This document shows positions 27,501 to 40,530 of a stretch of DNA of 64,000 nt, one piece after another. The stretch covers positions 68,884,088 to 68,948,087 of the forward strand of contig NC_090376.1 in NCBI RefSeq assembly GCF_036365525.1. The letters run 5' to 3'. Position numbers and translations under genes: made by a program. A model generated the notes under the pieces. The model was not told the DNA's origin and did not search any database. It was given only the letters and a program-made list of their open reading frames with translations. The DNA is from Heterodontus francisci (Eukaryota). Numbering within the stretch: the first letter of the stretch is position 1; the number at the start of each line of letters is the position of its first letter.

Positions 27501-30215
27501 TCTCACAACAAGCAATACAATAGATCTACTAGAATACATAGATATTACAAGTCTTACATCTGTATGCATTCCTGTCTACCAAAACAAAGATACTTCCTGT
27601 TGTCATATTTGTCACACTCTTGCACCAACTACCGTTATAAATTCTGATCTCCGCATTTATAATGGCAAATGCCCACAAAAACTTGCAATGACACCAACCT
27701 ATCTATAGCATCTTAGTGTTGCTTCTCCTCACTCCTTTAGCCTGTGCTGCAGAAATACTCCTATGCTCCAGTCAACTATTATTCTGCTTCTCAAGGTGGT
27801 CTAGGTTTTGCTATAAACCAATATGCTATATGAAAATAAAAAGAGATAGTATAAATTTAAAACAGGGACTGAATTGTGTCTGCATATCCTGGTCTAATTA
27901 TGCCCTATTCTATAATTCAAAATTTCTTAGCAGTTCGGCAGATTAGTGCATGAAAACTCAAACAATGCAATGTTCAAAATACTTTTGATTGTGACAATTT
28001 GTGGCCAAGATAAAATATTAAACTGAAGAACTACAGCAAAATCGAAATGGGAGAAATAAAAAAAAGCTTAAATGTTTTAATTATTGGATGCCTTACATCT
28101 AAGGCACAAGACTTCAAAACACTTATTTTGTACAGAACAATTCCTTAGGTATCCTGCACAGTGGCACTCAATAGGACTATTACCCAGTTAGCTTTTCTAA
28201 AGTTCCAATTGGCTTCCATAGAGCATGGAACTGTAAGTCAAGTTAGGGCACTGCATCTTCAATATTAATTTAATACAGAAGTGTGTGTGCATCTTTGAGA
28301 GAAAAACAGACTGTCCAGTGTGGCACATAACCCACAATGACTAGTTCAATTTCCAGCTTCAGATAGGCCTGGATGTTATAGTTGGGCTCACCAACTCTAC
28401 ACTGAAACTGGAGGAAAACCAACCAATGTTGCTGATGTTCAGTGACACCCTCTTGTAAAGTGCACATGACAATAGGTGAAGAGAGATCAGACTTTGCTGT
28501 AATGCCCTCCACAATAAAGTTGACTATTGATATGCACTGGCTAGGTTCAGACATGAGATATATGGCTGTCAGCACCCATGGAATCACACACCAGAAGTCA
28601 ATAACTTCAGATGAAAAGAAAATTAGGGAAAATATTTAAAAACCATTGCTTAAAAGTTCATCCATTGTGCTTTATCAAACAGAAATCTGAATAAATAGAA
28701 GCACAGATTGGGTAAGAACAAACTGAGTTCAAGTGAAGTCAGTCAGCTGTCAGGAAATGGAAGAAACATGGAATGAAATAAAACTATTATTTACTTAGGC
28801 ACTCTAATTACCATATTATTCCTAAAGCTTCGTTTCTGCATTTATTTAACTTTTTCAAGATTTTTAGGGTGTGTCACAAGTGTCATTTCAGATTGTGATG
28901 TGCACTACAGAATCCATAGGTCAGGCATAGCTTGGAACACAATTAGGCACCAAGATATTGCAAAACACAGTTTTGCAAATCTACAATGTGCCTATTATAA
29001 TGTATGCCAAAAAGTTAAAAATATGTTGCAATAGACAAGAAGAAATTAAAAGCTCCATAATGCAATACAACACATTACTTTAAAGATGTAAGGTAATTCT
29101 CTTCTTGTACAAACCTCCCAAACCTCTGTTGAAAACCAATAGAAAAATCTCCTGGAATTGCAAAATAAAGATTGGGAGAGCCACCACTTAAAATTCACTG
29201 CAGATGTCCCCACGTACATTTCTGAACAGAAATGGATACCAAGTTGCCTAGACATCCAATACAACTGAAATAAAACCTTTCAAGTTTCAAACAAAAAAGC
29301 CGTTATGCAAAAAATAATCAAAACAAAGCCACCTTTTCACTCAAACAGGTCAGTGTAATAAACCTTTTCACATCAGATTTGGCACTAAGTTGGTGCACAG
29401 CGAATCTGATTAGCATTAAACAAGAAGCTTTAGTAACCCCTTCATCCTCTACTTCCCTCTTTTCATTTTCTGTAAAAATTACACTATCCAACACTGGTAA
29501 AATGGTAAAAAAAAGAAAAACGATAACATTTTGTTTCCATAACTGATGAAAGCATACTTGGCAAATATTAAAAATACTCTGTGCACCCCACTTTCCTATG
29601 GCTTGAGCAGCGATGGCAGTGACCCAATAGAGTGAAGTAATTGGTGCAAGCATGGATGATCAACAAAGACTTGTTCGTCTCAAGCGATCCAGCTGGCTGG
29701 TACGCCCAGATCAAGATGAACACGCAGTGACTGTAGTAAGAACCACTGCTGTTTTAAAGGAAATAAGGGGGGGCAGGGGAGGGGGTGGGTGGGAAGAAAC
29801 AAACTTAATCACATCAGGTACATCAGAAACCCAGGAATAACGATGCAAAGATTTCTTTTCATGTGGGAACTGTCTTAACACTTGAGCGATGCTTCAATTT
29901 AGAATTGATCTTTGAGTTTGTTTCAAACTAACATGTAACCAACATCTCAACCTAGCTGGAACAGAATTAAGGAAGAATAGCATACATTTCACACTTCAAA
30001 TCCTTCTCCAGCTTTATGTTTGTGTGTGTGTGTCCAGATACATCACCCTGAAATTGGAATTATTGCCAACTACAAGCCTAATCAATGTTGCAGATTAAGG
30101 ACTGAAGATACAGAATCTAGATTTCACAATTTATAAAATTTGATTCAGTTGAAATATATAGTTACAATTACACACACACATAGGAGAGAACCCTTGGAAT
30201 GGGACACAGAAATTA

Positions 30216-30323
<108 letters not shown>

Positions 30324-30623
30324 TTATACTGTAAACCCCAAATCTGATCTCGCCGGATGATGGTGAATTGCAGCTGTTGCGCCCTATTTTCAGGCACATG
30401 CCAATACATGCACAAACAAAGAAAGCTCTCAACTGTTCTTGCTCTTGCCATCAAAGCCCAAAAAACTACAAAAATTTTGACAACTGACTGATTTTAACAC
30501 AACTTCACTCTTCTGTGGAAATGAATCTGAAAGCCTTAATAAATTTGTTCGCTTGCGTCTAGCGAGTTCACATTGTCTTTCTATAAAACTGTTTTCCTCT
30601 TTCAAAGCCAAGCCTATACTCAC

Positions 30624-30680
30624 CCGCAAAGAGGAGAGATCTATCTCCACAAGACTTTTAGCAGGAGAGTCGTTCGCCAT
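30624..30680 (-). CDS. MAP4K4: MAP4K4 (Ste20/GCK-IV kinase) coding exon 1
   Basis: Encodes MANDSPAKSLVEIDLSSLR. This matches the MAP4K4 N-terminus (MANDSPAKSLVDIDLSSLR), not TNIK (MASDSPARSL) or MINK1 (MGDPAPARSL). ATG context is AAAATGG. The 57-nt exon is followed by a canonical GTGAGT donor at 30623. Confidence 0.96.
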
Positions 30681-30849
30681 TTTCGTTAAATTTATGGCAA
30701 TTTTTCTTCTTGACTGTCCTTTGCGGGTGGGAATCGTGCATTTAGGAGTGCAATACGAGCTTTGGAAGTTCCTTCCTTCTCTTTATACCATGCTCAGGTG
30801 GCAGCAGTGGCTGCTCCCAGCTCTCCCTCCCTGACACACACAAACACAG

Positions 30850-31350
30850 GAAACCGCTCTGCTCACTGTCTCTGACTTACTGACTAACTTGCACCAGAGC
30901 GAGTCTCCGTTCTGCGCCTCCGCCCCGGGAGGCACGCGACCGGACGCAGAAGCTGGCGCGCGGCGCGCCCGGGTGGCGAGCTCGTCTGCACGGGACGAGC
31001 CAACTCCGATCGGCAATCGGGGTGCGGCATCTACAGCACGGCCGCTGCTGTCCTTCCTCCAGGGTCAGCACACGCGCCGCGAGCGGGCGAGCACTCAGGC
31101 AACGGGACCTATCGGTCAATGCATGGAGCTTTTTTTTATTTGCTGCCAGGTTTCACCCGCTGCTGTAGACTTTGAGCAGAGTATGATTCCAATGGAAACA
31201 AAGACGTCCCTTCGTGCGCGCGCGGCACGTGCATGTGCTTTGTGTGCGTGCGCTCAGAAACCTGTGCAACGCGTCAAGCACCAGCGGAAAAGACGCAAGC
31301 TTTTGGCTTCTGGGTAACATCCCAGTGTTATTCCCCACCCCGACACATTG
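30850..31350 (-). promoter_or_regulatory. CpG island / MAP4K4 promoter and 5' UTR region
   Basis: Abrupt GC- and CpG-rich stretch immediately upstream of the ATG exon. Contains an E-box CACGTG at 31226-31231 and GCGC-rich NRF1-like sequence at about 31215-31253. The TSS cannot be determined from sequence. Confidence 0.8.
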
Positions 31351-32770
31351 CTGAGCAAGAGAAGCCTCTCCTCAAATCCAGACAAAAAGGTTATTCGTAT
31401 TCATAAAGGGGTGTGGTGACGAATGAAAAATAATAGTACGCCAGACTTTCAGATACGTTTAATATGAACACAAACAAGGATTTATAACGCGAGCCTAATG
31501 AGCTATGTATGAATAAGTGAAATAGGACTTCGTTCGCTCAATAAAATGTAAACATCGAAGGAAAATAAAATGTATCCACAGTAACATTTGTGACGAACTG
31601 CAGGTCGTTTCAGTAAGTATCTTTGTAGCGTGTATCGTACATCGGCATATACATTTATCAGTCGATACAGCAGGCAATTAACGAAGCACAAAAGTGCTCG
31701 AGGTGTTTTAGGAAACCGATAATCCTTTCAGTAAAACGTATGGATAATGGCAATTGTGGTTTGATGCATTTTAAGCAACTGCACGAAATATCAAAAGACA
31801 AGAACAACTGCGAGATCATTAACAAACAATACATACATTCAGTGCAATTTCCGCGACACTGCCATGCGCGGAATTCAAGTGAACATCTGTTAACTTAAAT
31901 CGGAAATCACAATGCAAAGATTGCAAGTCAATGTTAGAACTGTAAAACTGTTTTTTTTTGCACCGCTCATACACAAGAGGATGTAAGGGATATTTTGAAA
32001 TTCTAAAACGAGAGTAACAACTTTTTTAAGTTTCAGCAGCCAATGCACATCACGTTCATTTATTAGCCCTGACAACACGTTCAACATTAAATTGCTTTGC
32101 GATGTATTTACTCCACATCGTCACGCGTTACATTTGACTGGGCGCTATGCTTCAAATTTTAAGACGTCTAATATTCGGCTCGTCATTTTAAGGTAAGACT
32201 GTCATTGACAATAATGGTTGCAGTACGCGAAGTTGTCAAAAATGATACATTCAATGAAGACTAGCATTTCACCAAACGTCAAAGTGAGAACATCTGCAAG
32301 AAATTTGTTCTCCAGCGATTGATCACGCTATGATGACTGGAATTACTTAATACATCAGCCTTATGAAATGTTTGTCGGGATGGTAACAATGAGGATATGC
32401 AATCATTCCTTGAAACCGGAGAGGGTTATATTCTGTCACCATCCATCGAAAACACATTTAAAAGCTCTTTGTTTTACCGTTACAAGTTATACATGCTAGA
32501 ATGTTGATTGAATGTCAGATATTAAATGTCGCAAGTGGCGCTAATGTGTGTTAGATAAGCATGAATCTGTGTGATGGGAGAGAATCGTAACTTAGAAGAC
32601 CTGCAGCTGAAGACAAGTCTTAAAAGACCTGCAGTGAAACTACTGATAAACTTAATGAACCGTACGTACGTCGTAGGTGGTGAGGAAACAAACGAAGTAC
32701 AGTAAAAGTATATTAAAAATGCCTAAACCCGATGACCAGTGCTACATAAAGGTGCAGAAGCGCCGTACGA

Positions 32771-33095
32771 AATGGAGAATGTGTAAACTTCACCTGGGAC
32801 ACACTTCCAAAGAAACAATCTAAGGTAAATCTGGGGAGTGTGGTGCAGTGATGGGGCATCACCTACCATGGCATATAAAGATGCATCCATATTATGTTTT
32901 CTGGCGAATTTATGTGTACTTCGAGACAAGGATGTTAATGCTCTGGAATTGATTACTTTTCTATATTCAGCTTCAAGCATTTTCAACATAGAATAAATTG
33001 GATACAGAGTAAAACTCCTCTCTCCAAAATGGGACTTCTCAGGAAGGTACTCTTTACTATACCAGTATGATTATTGTGGAAAGTGTAAAGCAATC
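32771..33095 (+). repeat. Copy 1 of a perfect 325-bp direct duplication
   Basis: Identical line by line to 33551-33875 (offset 780). Confidence 0.95.
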
Positions 33096-33542
33096 TTTTC
33101 TTTGGGCCTCCTTATCTCGAGAGACAATGGATACGCGCCTGGAGGTGGTCAGTGGTTTGTGAAGCAGCGCCTGGAGTGGCTATAAAGGCCAATTCTGGAG
33201 TGACAGGCTCTTCCACAGGTGCTGCAGAGAAATTTGTTTGTTGGGGCTGTTGCACAGTTGGCTCTCCCCTTGCGCCTCTGTCTTTTTTCCTGCCAACTAC
33301 TAAGTCTCTTCGACTCGCCACAATTTAGCCCTGTCTTTATGGCTGCCCGCCAGCTCTGGCGAATGCTGGCAACTGACTCCCACGACTTGTGATCAATGTC
33401 ACACGATTTCATGTCACGTTTGCAGACGTCTTTATAACGGAGACATGGACGGCCGGTGGGTCTGATACCAGTGGCGAGCTCGCTGTACAATGTGTCTTTG
33501 GGGATCCTGCCATCTTCCATGCGGCTCACATGGCCAAGCCAT
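33096..33542 (-). mobile_element. Short RTE 3' element (~445 bp), young
   Basis: Encodes WLGHVSRMEDGRIPKD...CSTCGRACHSRIGLYSHSRRC. Near-identical to 46515-46959. Confidence 0.92.
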
Positions 33543-33550
33543 GTATGGAG

Positions 33551-33875
33551 AATGGAGAATGTGTAAACTTCACCTGGGACACACTTCCAAAGAAACAATC
33601 TAAGGTAAATCTGGGGAGTGTGGTGCAGTGATGGGGCATCACCTACCATGGCATATAAAGATGCATCCATATTATGTTTTCTGGCGAATTTATGTGTACT
33701 TCGAGACAAGGATGTTAATGCTCTGGAATTGATTACTTTTCTATATTCAGCTTCAAGCATTTTCAACATAGAATAAATTGGATACAGAGTAAAACTCCTC
33801 TCTCCAAAATGGGACTTCTCAGGAAGGTACTCTTTACTATACCAGTATGATTATTGTGGAAAGTGTAAAGCAATC
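33551..33875 (+). repeat. Copy 2 of a perfect 325-bp direct duplication
   Basis: Identical to 32771-33095. Confidence 0.95.
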
Positions 33876-34019
33876 ATTCATTCCTATTGTGTCTCTGAGT
33901 GAGACTGACAATAAATTTAAAATTTGTCTCCACTTTGGGAGGAGTTTTTGTGGGCTTACATTCACTGGGAATTGGATTGGAGCTGTTGAAATTAATTTGC
34001 TTTTGGATTCCAACTGTGC

Positions 34020-36445
34020 AGGAAGAAATAATGGGGGCTTGTAAGAAAGCTACAGCAATAATGGGTGATATTAATCTACATATAGATTGGACAAATCAGA
34101 TTGGCAAAGGTAGCCTGGAAGATGAGTTTGTAGAGTGTATTTGGGACAATTTCTTAAAGCAGCATGTTCTAGAACCAACAAGAGAGCAGGCTATTCTAGT
34201 CCTGGTTACGTGCAATGAGACAGGATTAATTAATGACCTTATAGTAAAGGATCCTTTAGGTAGCAGTGATCATAATATGATTGAATTTCACATTCAATTT
34301 GAGGATGAGAAATGTGGGTCTAAGACTAGTTTTAAACTTACATAAAGGCAATTACAAGGGTATGAAGGCAGAACTGGCTAAAGTAAACTGGGAAATTAGG
34401 TTAAAGGGTAGGACAAAAGAGATGCAGTGGCAGATATTTAAAGAGATATTTCGTAACACTCAGCAAAGATAAATTCCAGTGAGAAAGAAAGATTCTCAGA
34501 AGGATGCACCATCTGTGGCTAACTAAGGAAGTTAAGGATAGTATCAAATTGAAAGAAAGTGTACATTTCTGCACAGAGTAGTGATAGGTCAGAAGATTGG
34601 ACAGAATTTATAAACCAGCAAAGATTGACCAAAAATAATAGGGAGAGAGAAATTACAGTACGAGAGAAAGCTAGCTAGATATATAAAAACAGATAGTACT
34701 TTAAGTATTTTAAAAGTAAGAGTAACTAAAGTGAGCATCGGCCCTCTAGAGAGTGAGTCTGGGGAATTAATAATGGGAAATAAGGAAATAGTGGAAGCTT
34801 TGAACAGATATTTTGTGTCTGTCTTCACAGTAGAAGATACCAATAACATCACAGAAATACTTGTATATCAAGAGATGAAAAGGAGGGAGGAACTTAAAAC
34901 AATTACAATCACCAGGGAAAGGGTACTGAGAAAACTGTTAGAACTAAAGGCTGACAAGTCCCCAGGACATGATGGCCTGTATTCTAGGGTCTTTAAAAAA
35001 AATCAGCTGCTGAGATAGTAGATGCATTCATTGTAATTTTCCAGAATTCCCTAGTTTCTAGAATGATCCTATAGAATTGGAAAATCACAAATGTAACTCT
35101 TCTATTCAAGAAAGGAGGGAGATAGAAAGCAGGAAACTACAGGCCAGTTAACCTAACATCTGTCAGGGAAAATGCTAGAATCTATTATTAAGGAGATTAT
35201 AGCAGGGCACTTAGTAACTCTTCAGGCAATCAGGCAGAGTCAACATGGTTTTGTGAATGGGAAATCATGATTGATTAATTTGAGGAAGTGACAAGCAAGG
35301 TTGATAAAGGGGAACCTGTAGATGTGGTGTACTTGGATTTCCAAAAGGCATTTGATAAGGTGCCGCATCAAAGGTTACCACACAAATAAGAGCTCATGGT
35401 GTAGGGGGTAACATATTAGCATGGATAGAGGATTGGTTAGCTAACAGGAAGTAGAGAGTTGGGATAAATGGGGCAATTTTGGGTTGGCAAGCTGCAACTC
35501 ATGGAATGTCACAGGGATCAGTGCTGGGGCTTCAATTATTTACAATCTATACCAATGACTTGGATGAAGGGACCAAATGTATGGTTTTTAAATTTGTTGA
35601 TGACACAAAGATGGATAGGAGAGTGAGTTGTGAAGAGGACATAAGGGAGTCTACAAAGGGATATAAATAGGTTAAGTGAGTGGGCAAAAAATTGGCAGAT
35701 GGAGTATAATGTGGGAAAATGTAAACTTGTCCACTTTGGCAAAAAAAAGGAAAAGCAGTATATTAATTAAATGGAGACAGATTTCAGAACTCTGCAGTAC
35801 AGAGGGATCCGAGTGTCCAGGTACATGATTCACCAAAAATTAGTTTGTAGGTACAGCAAGTGATTAGGAAGGCAAATGAAATGTTGTTTATTGCAAAGGG
35901 AATGAAATATAAAAGTAGGGAAGTTTTGCTACAATTGTACAGGGCATTGGTGAGACCACATCTGGAGTACTGCGTACAGTTTTCCTCTTGTTATTTAAGA
36001 AAGATATAATTGCTTTAGAAGCAGTTCAGAGAAGGTTCACTGAACTGATTCCTGGGATGAGGGAGTTAACTTATGAGGAAAGATTGGATAGGTTGGGCCT
36101 ATATCCATTGGAGTTTAGAAGAATGAGAGGTAATCTCGTTGAAACATATAAGATCCTGAGAGGATATTTCCCCCTATGGGTGGATGGAGATGAGGATACA
36201 TTTTCTCTCTGAGGGTTGTTCATCTGTGGGATTCTCTTCCCCAGAGAGCAGTGGAGGCAGGGTCATTGAATATTTTTAAGGCTGAGTTAGATAGATTCTT
36301 GATTGACAAGGGAGTGAAAGGTTATAGCAGTTAGACAAGAAAGTAGAGTTGAGGCCACAATCCGATCAGCCATGATCTTACCAAATGGCGGAGCAGGCTC
36401 AAGTGGCCAAATGGCCTACTCCTGCTCTTAATTCATATGTTCATA
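34020..36445 (+). mobile_element. CR1 LINE ORF2 and 3' UTR, degenerate
   Basis: APE motifs (IMGDINL, LGSSDHNMIEF), RT motifs (QGSVLG, KFVDDT), VQRRFTELIPG, and a CR1 3' UTR. Many stops and frameshifts. Confidence 0.92.
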
Positions 36446-37229
36446 AGTATGTACTTCAATTGGAATCGCCTAGCTCACAGAACAGAAATTGAACCTAGAA
36501 CCTTCTGATCTGTATTGTTCAATTATATACATTCTTTAGCAATGAACCATTATGGGGATGCCTCAAATGTGGATAGTATGCCTTTATTATAACAGTAAAA
36601 TGTGAAAGACATTACAAATAATTTCTGTTGTGATTATTAAAGTATATGCTATTAAAGTTAGTTACTCGTTAGAAAGCAGTGAGTAGCACCCCCAAAATTT
36701 CCTGACTCATGGCGGAAGATCCCCAGTGGTCGTCTGTATTCATTAAATCACTCCAGCAACTTTTTCCTCAACTTTTCCTACTTCCTGTTAAGTTATGGGA
36801 TGGTTCCATTGCCCTGGTAGTCTTTGTATGAGTACCATTGCACAGTGAGTATCGTTAGGCTATTTGAACAAAAGGCACAATGCTACTAAGGTCGATTGTG
36901 TCTTCGTCGATGATGCACACACACTTTATAAAGGGATCATTGGATAATCACTAGGAGCAAAATATTTAGCTTATTTTCCCCTTTCTTAACCTGGGGGCTC
37001 CAATGCTACTTTATAGTGTCTCACCTAGCTTGTGGATAAGAGCAGCTGCCCCTTCCCAGCCTATGTGGATTGATGACATTATGAGGTGGCAGTGTCATTT
37101 TTAAAACAATTGTGCTGTTTGGTGTGCCATCTTTTCAAGGAGCTCATCAAACTAAATCTCTTTGAGTTGGAGTAAAATAAAAAGATATGTCGCAGATAGT
37201 TTTTTTTCTTTCATTCCTAATTTCCATTT

Positions 37230-38200
37230 AGAAGGTGGTAGTGAGCTGCCTTCTTGAACCGCTGCAGTCCATCTTGTGTGGGTACACCCACAGTGCTGTT
37301 AGGGAGGGAGTTCCAGGATTTGATCCAGTGACTGAAGGAATGGTGATATATTTCCAAATCAGGGTTGCGTGTGACTTGGAGGAGAACTTGCAGGTGGTGT
37401 TCCCATGCGTCTGCTGCCCTTGTCCTTCTAGGTGGAAGAGGTCGCAGGTTTGGAAGGTGCTATTGAAGGAGGCATGGTGAGTTGCTGCACTGCATCTTGT
37501 ATATGGTACAAACTGCTGCCACTGTGCGTTGGTGGTGGAGGGAGTGAATGTTTAAGGTGGTGGAAGGGGCGCCATTCATGTGGGCTGCTTTGTCCTGGAT
37601 GGTGTCGTGCTGCCCGAGTGTTGTTGCAGCTACACTTATCAAGACAAGTGGAGACTATTGTATTACACTCCTGACTTGTGCCTTGTAGATGGTGGACCGG
37701 CTTTGGGGAGTCAGGAGGTGGGTTACTCGCCACAGAATTCCCAGTCTCTGACCTGCTCTTGTAACCACAGTATTTATGTGACTGCTCCAGTTCAGTTTCT
37801 GGTCAATGGTAACCCACAAGATGTTGATAGTGGGGGGAATTCTGCGATGGTAATGCCATTAAATGTCATGGGGAGATGGTTAGTTTCTCTCTTGTTGGAG
37901 CTCATCATTGCCTGGCACTTGTGTGGCGCAAATGTTACTTGCCACTTGTCAGCCCAAGCCTAGATATTGTCCAGGTCTTGCTGCATTTGGACATGGACTG
38001 CTTGAATATCTGAGGAGTTGCCAATGGTACCTAACATTGTGCAAATAGCGAACATCCCCACCTTTGACCTTATGATGGAGGGAAGGTCTTTGAAGAAGCA
38101 GCTGGAGATGGTAGTGGCCTAGGCCCAGCCATGAGGATCTCCTGCAGCAATGTCCTGGGGCTGAGATGATTGGCCTCCAACAACAACAACCACCTTTCTT
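37230..38200 (-). mobile_element. Jockey/CR1-group LINE 3' part
   Basis: Reverse-complement homolog of 15.7-16.6 kb. Confidence 0.85.
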
Positions 38201-39220
38201 TGTAATAGTAGTAATGATAGTAATTGTGCATAAGGAAAAAAAACACTGATGTCAGGTTTAAGGCACAACTTGGGCTGAATTTTATTAGTGTGCTGCACTT
38301 TGCGGCGGCAGGCTTTGAACCTGGTGACATGCCTGCACTCAGTGCCCGACAGAACCCCTGCAATATTACACCCAAGGGCTCATTAGCATCACTGTGACAT
38401 GCTGCCCCCCCCCCCCCCCCTCCGCCACCCCATATTACGCGGAGAGAGGCGGGACATCTGGCGCAGTGAGGGACCTTTTGTCAGCTGTGTAGCAGTTGCT
38501 GGGGCCCTATTTAAAGCCCTCCAGCACCTGCTTCCTGACAGCTGTCAAGGAAATAGTTACCTCACTGTTGAAGAGCGTGGCTGCTGTCAATCTCACAGAG
38601 CTGAAAGTTAATTCTTCTTCTCTCTCCACAGATGCTGCCAGATCTGCTGAGTTTCCCCAGCACTTTCTGCTTTGCTGCCACATACTTACCCTACTTTTTC
38701 CCAATGTCCTATGAATTTGCAATCCTCTTCTTCCACTCAAGTGTAACATTCCTTCTTGTAGGTGTGCTGCACCTGGGTGAATAATCTTAATTTTGCACAT
38801 ACCAGGATGTGAGACTTAAATATATCATAAAAGAGAAACACACAACAAAAATAAAACCATAATTGAAGAATATCTACATACTATGGGCTTCTAATCATCT
38901 GACTGTGAAAAGCTGCAGACTAATATGCATTTGGAATCAGTATTCATTTCTCTGCTAACTTGTGTGAAAATACATGTAACTGCAATTTAACGATCTTGTG
39001 AAGAAGCAGAAAAATATGTTCATATTTATCTGCATTGCCAACTAGAAATACTACATCAATAATTATGATCAGTTGCTGCAGAAGCAAAGTTGACGTGAAC
39101 ATGTGTCGATATATAATAGATGAAAAACCAAGACAACAGCAGAGATTTCCTCACTAGTCCTGCATTAGTTTTCGAACATGCAAGAAAGACCTAGTAGCCA
39201 GAAGTTAGAGCATTTACACT

Positions 39221-39485
39221 GTGGAGTCACCTTTGCATTTAAAAGGACCACACCAGAAACAGAGGCTGGCAGCGGAGCACTCTAGGGTGGCCCCACTGTT
39301 CAGCGATGCCTCCCTGCTCACTCTCCTCCAGGCTGTGCAGGCAAGGCGGGACGTCCTTTTACCCAGTGATGGTAAGAGGCCTTTCCACTTGATCAAGGCA
39401 GCCTGGCTGGAGGTGGCAGGGAGGAGAGTAACCTTGGGGCCATCAGGCGTCAAAGGGTCCAATGTCGGAAGAGGATGAACGACGA
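39221..39485 (+). pseudogene. Harbinger Myb/SANT-like DNA-binding protein remnant
   Basis: APLFSDASLLTLLQAVQARRDVLLP...KAAWLEVA, typical of the Harbinger accessory protein N-terminus. Confidence 0.7.
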
Positions 39486-39899
39486 TTCCCCTAGCCAGTC
39501 GGGGCCCTCCAGGCCTTGTGCGCGCAGAGGACAACCACCAGAGTCATCTGCAGTCAAAGGGCAATCAGATCAGCAGCCTTCCTCCAGTCAGGCTGCTAGC
39601 GCAGAGGTTGCACCGAGAAGGGTCACTCGCAAGCGTTTAAAGAGAACACACTGACACAAATGCGAATGCAAGACTGTCACAGCAACATAAATACATCTTT
39701 CACTAAATGTTCTTCACCAACATGTGTCTCCTTTTTTCTGTGTGAACGATATGTGCCAGCAGGTAGCAACAATGTCATATCCCTTTGCACCATTGGCCCT
39801 TTAGGAGAGCCAACGTGTGCAATATCATTGCTATGCCGCCATTACTCATGAGCATCTCCACAGATGCAGTGACATGGACATTGGCTCAGTCAGCTGCTG

Positions 39900-40530
39900 C
39901 CTCTAATGGTTTACACAGGGATGCTGCAGATGTGGACTGATGCACAGCATCAAGGGTGGTGTGTGGCTTTCAGAGTTCATATTGCTTCGTATGAAGCAGA
40001 GAGCCTTTGATAAACCACTGCCATACATTCCTTTTTGGCCCGTAGTACAGGGCTTCACCATATCTATCCAGGCATTGGAAGTGAGATTTCAGCATGCTGA
40101 TCACTTGCTCAATGGTGACTTGTAGGACTGGCATTGTATCACTCCTCTGTAGCACTGGTGGGGTCTCTCACTGGTGTCAGGAGCCATGTCTGCAAGGAAT
40201 AGCCTTTGTCTCTAAGAAGCCATCCCTCCATCTGAGCCAGTTCAGTGAACAGCAAAGGCAGCTGGGACTAGGACAGGGCTCAGGTGTTATGTCAGCTGCC
40301 AGAGAAGCGGACACAGATTTGCATGTAGCATCTCCGGTGATCACTTACCAGCTGCACCTAGATTGAGAGGATTCCTTTAATGGTAACGTCAGGTAGTAGC
40401 CTGGCGGGAGGCCTGATGGCCACATGCAGTCTATGAACCCTAAAACCTTTGGTTATTCGGCAATGGTGCCGAAACCGATGGCCCTCTGGGCCTGGCTCTG
40501 AGAGTCCATCCTGAAGTGGACGTACTCACT
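39900..40530 (-). pseudogene. HARBI1-like DDE transposase remnant
   Basis: Manual translation gives VLGFIDC..VAIRPP, VQLVSDH, GWLLRDKGY..TWLLTP and IEQVISMLKSHFQCLD, with stops and frameshifts. Confidence 0.82.

Noticed and set aside
30429-30623. Continuation of the 83-aa ORF after MANDSPAKSLVEIDLSSLR
   Set aside because: Read-through into intron 1. There is a GTGAGT donor at 30623 and the true exon 2 is at 30228-30293.
30783-31338. Several Ala/Arg-rich ORFs over the CpG island
   Set aside because: Expected from stop-poor GC-rich DNA. No recognisable domain.
33149-33769. 206-aa ORF as a novel chimeric gene
   Set aside because: Chance fusion of duplicated flank with the RTE C-terminus. Nothing supports expression.
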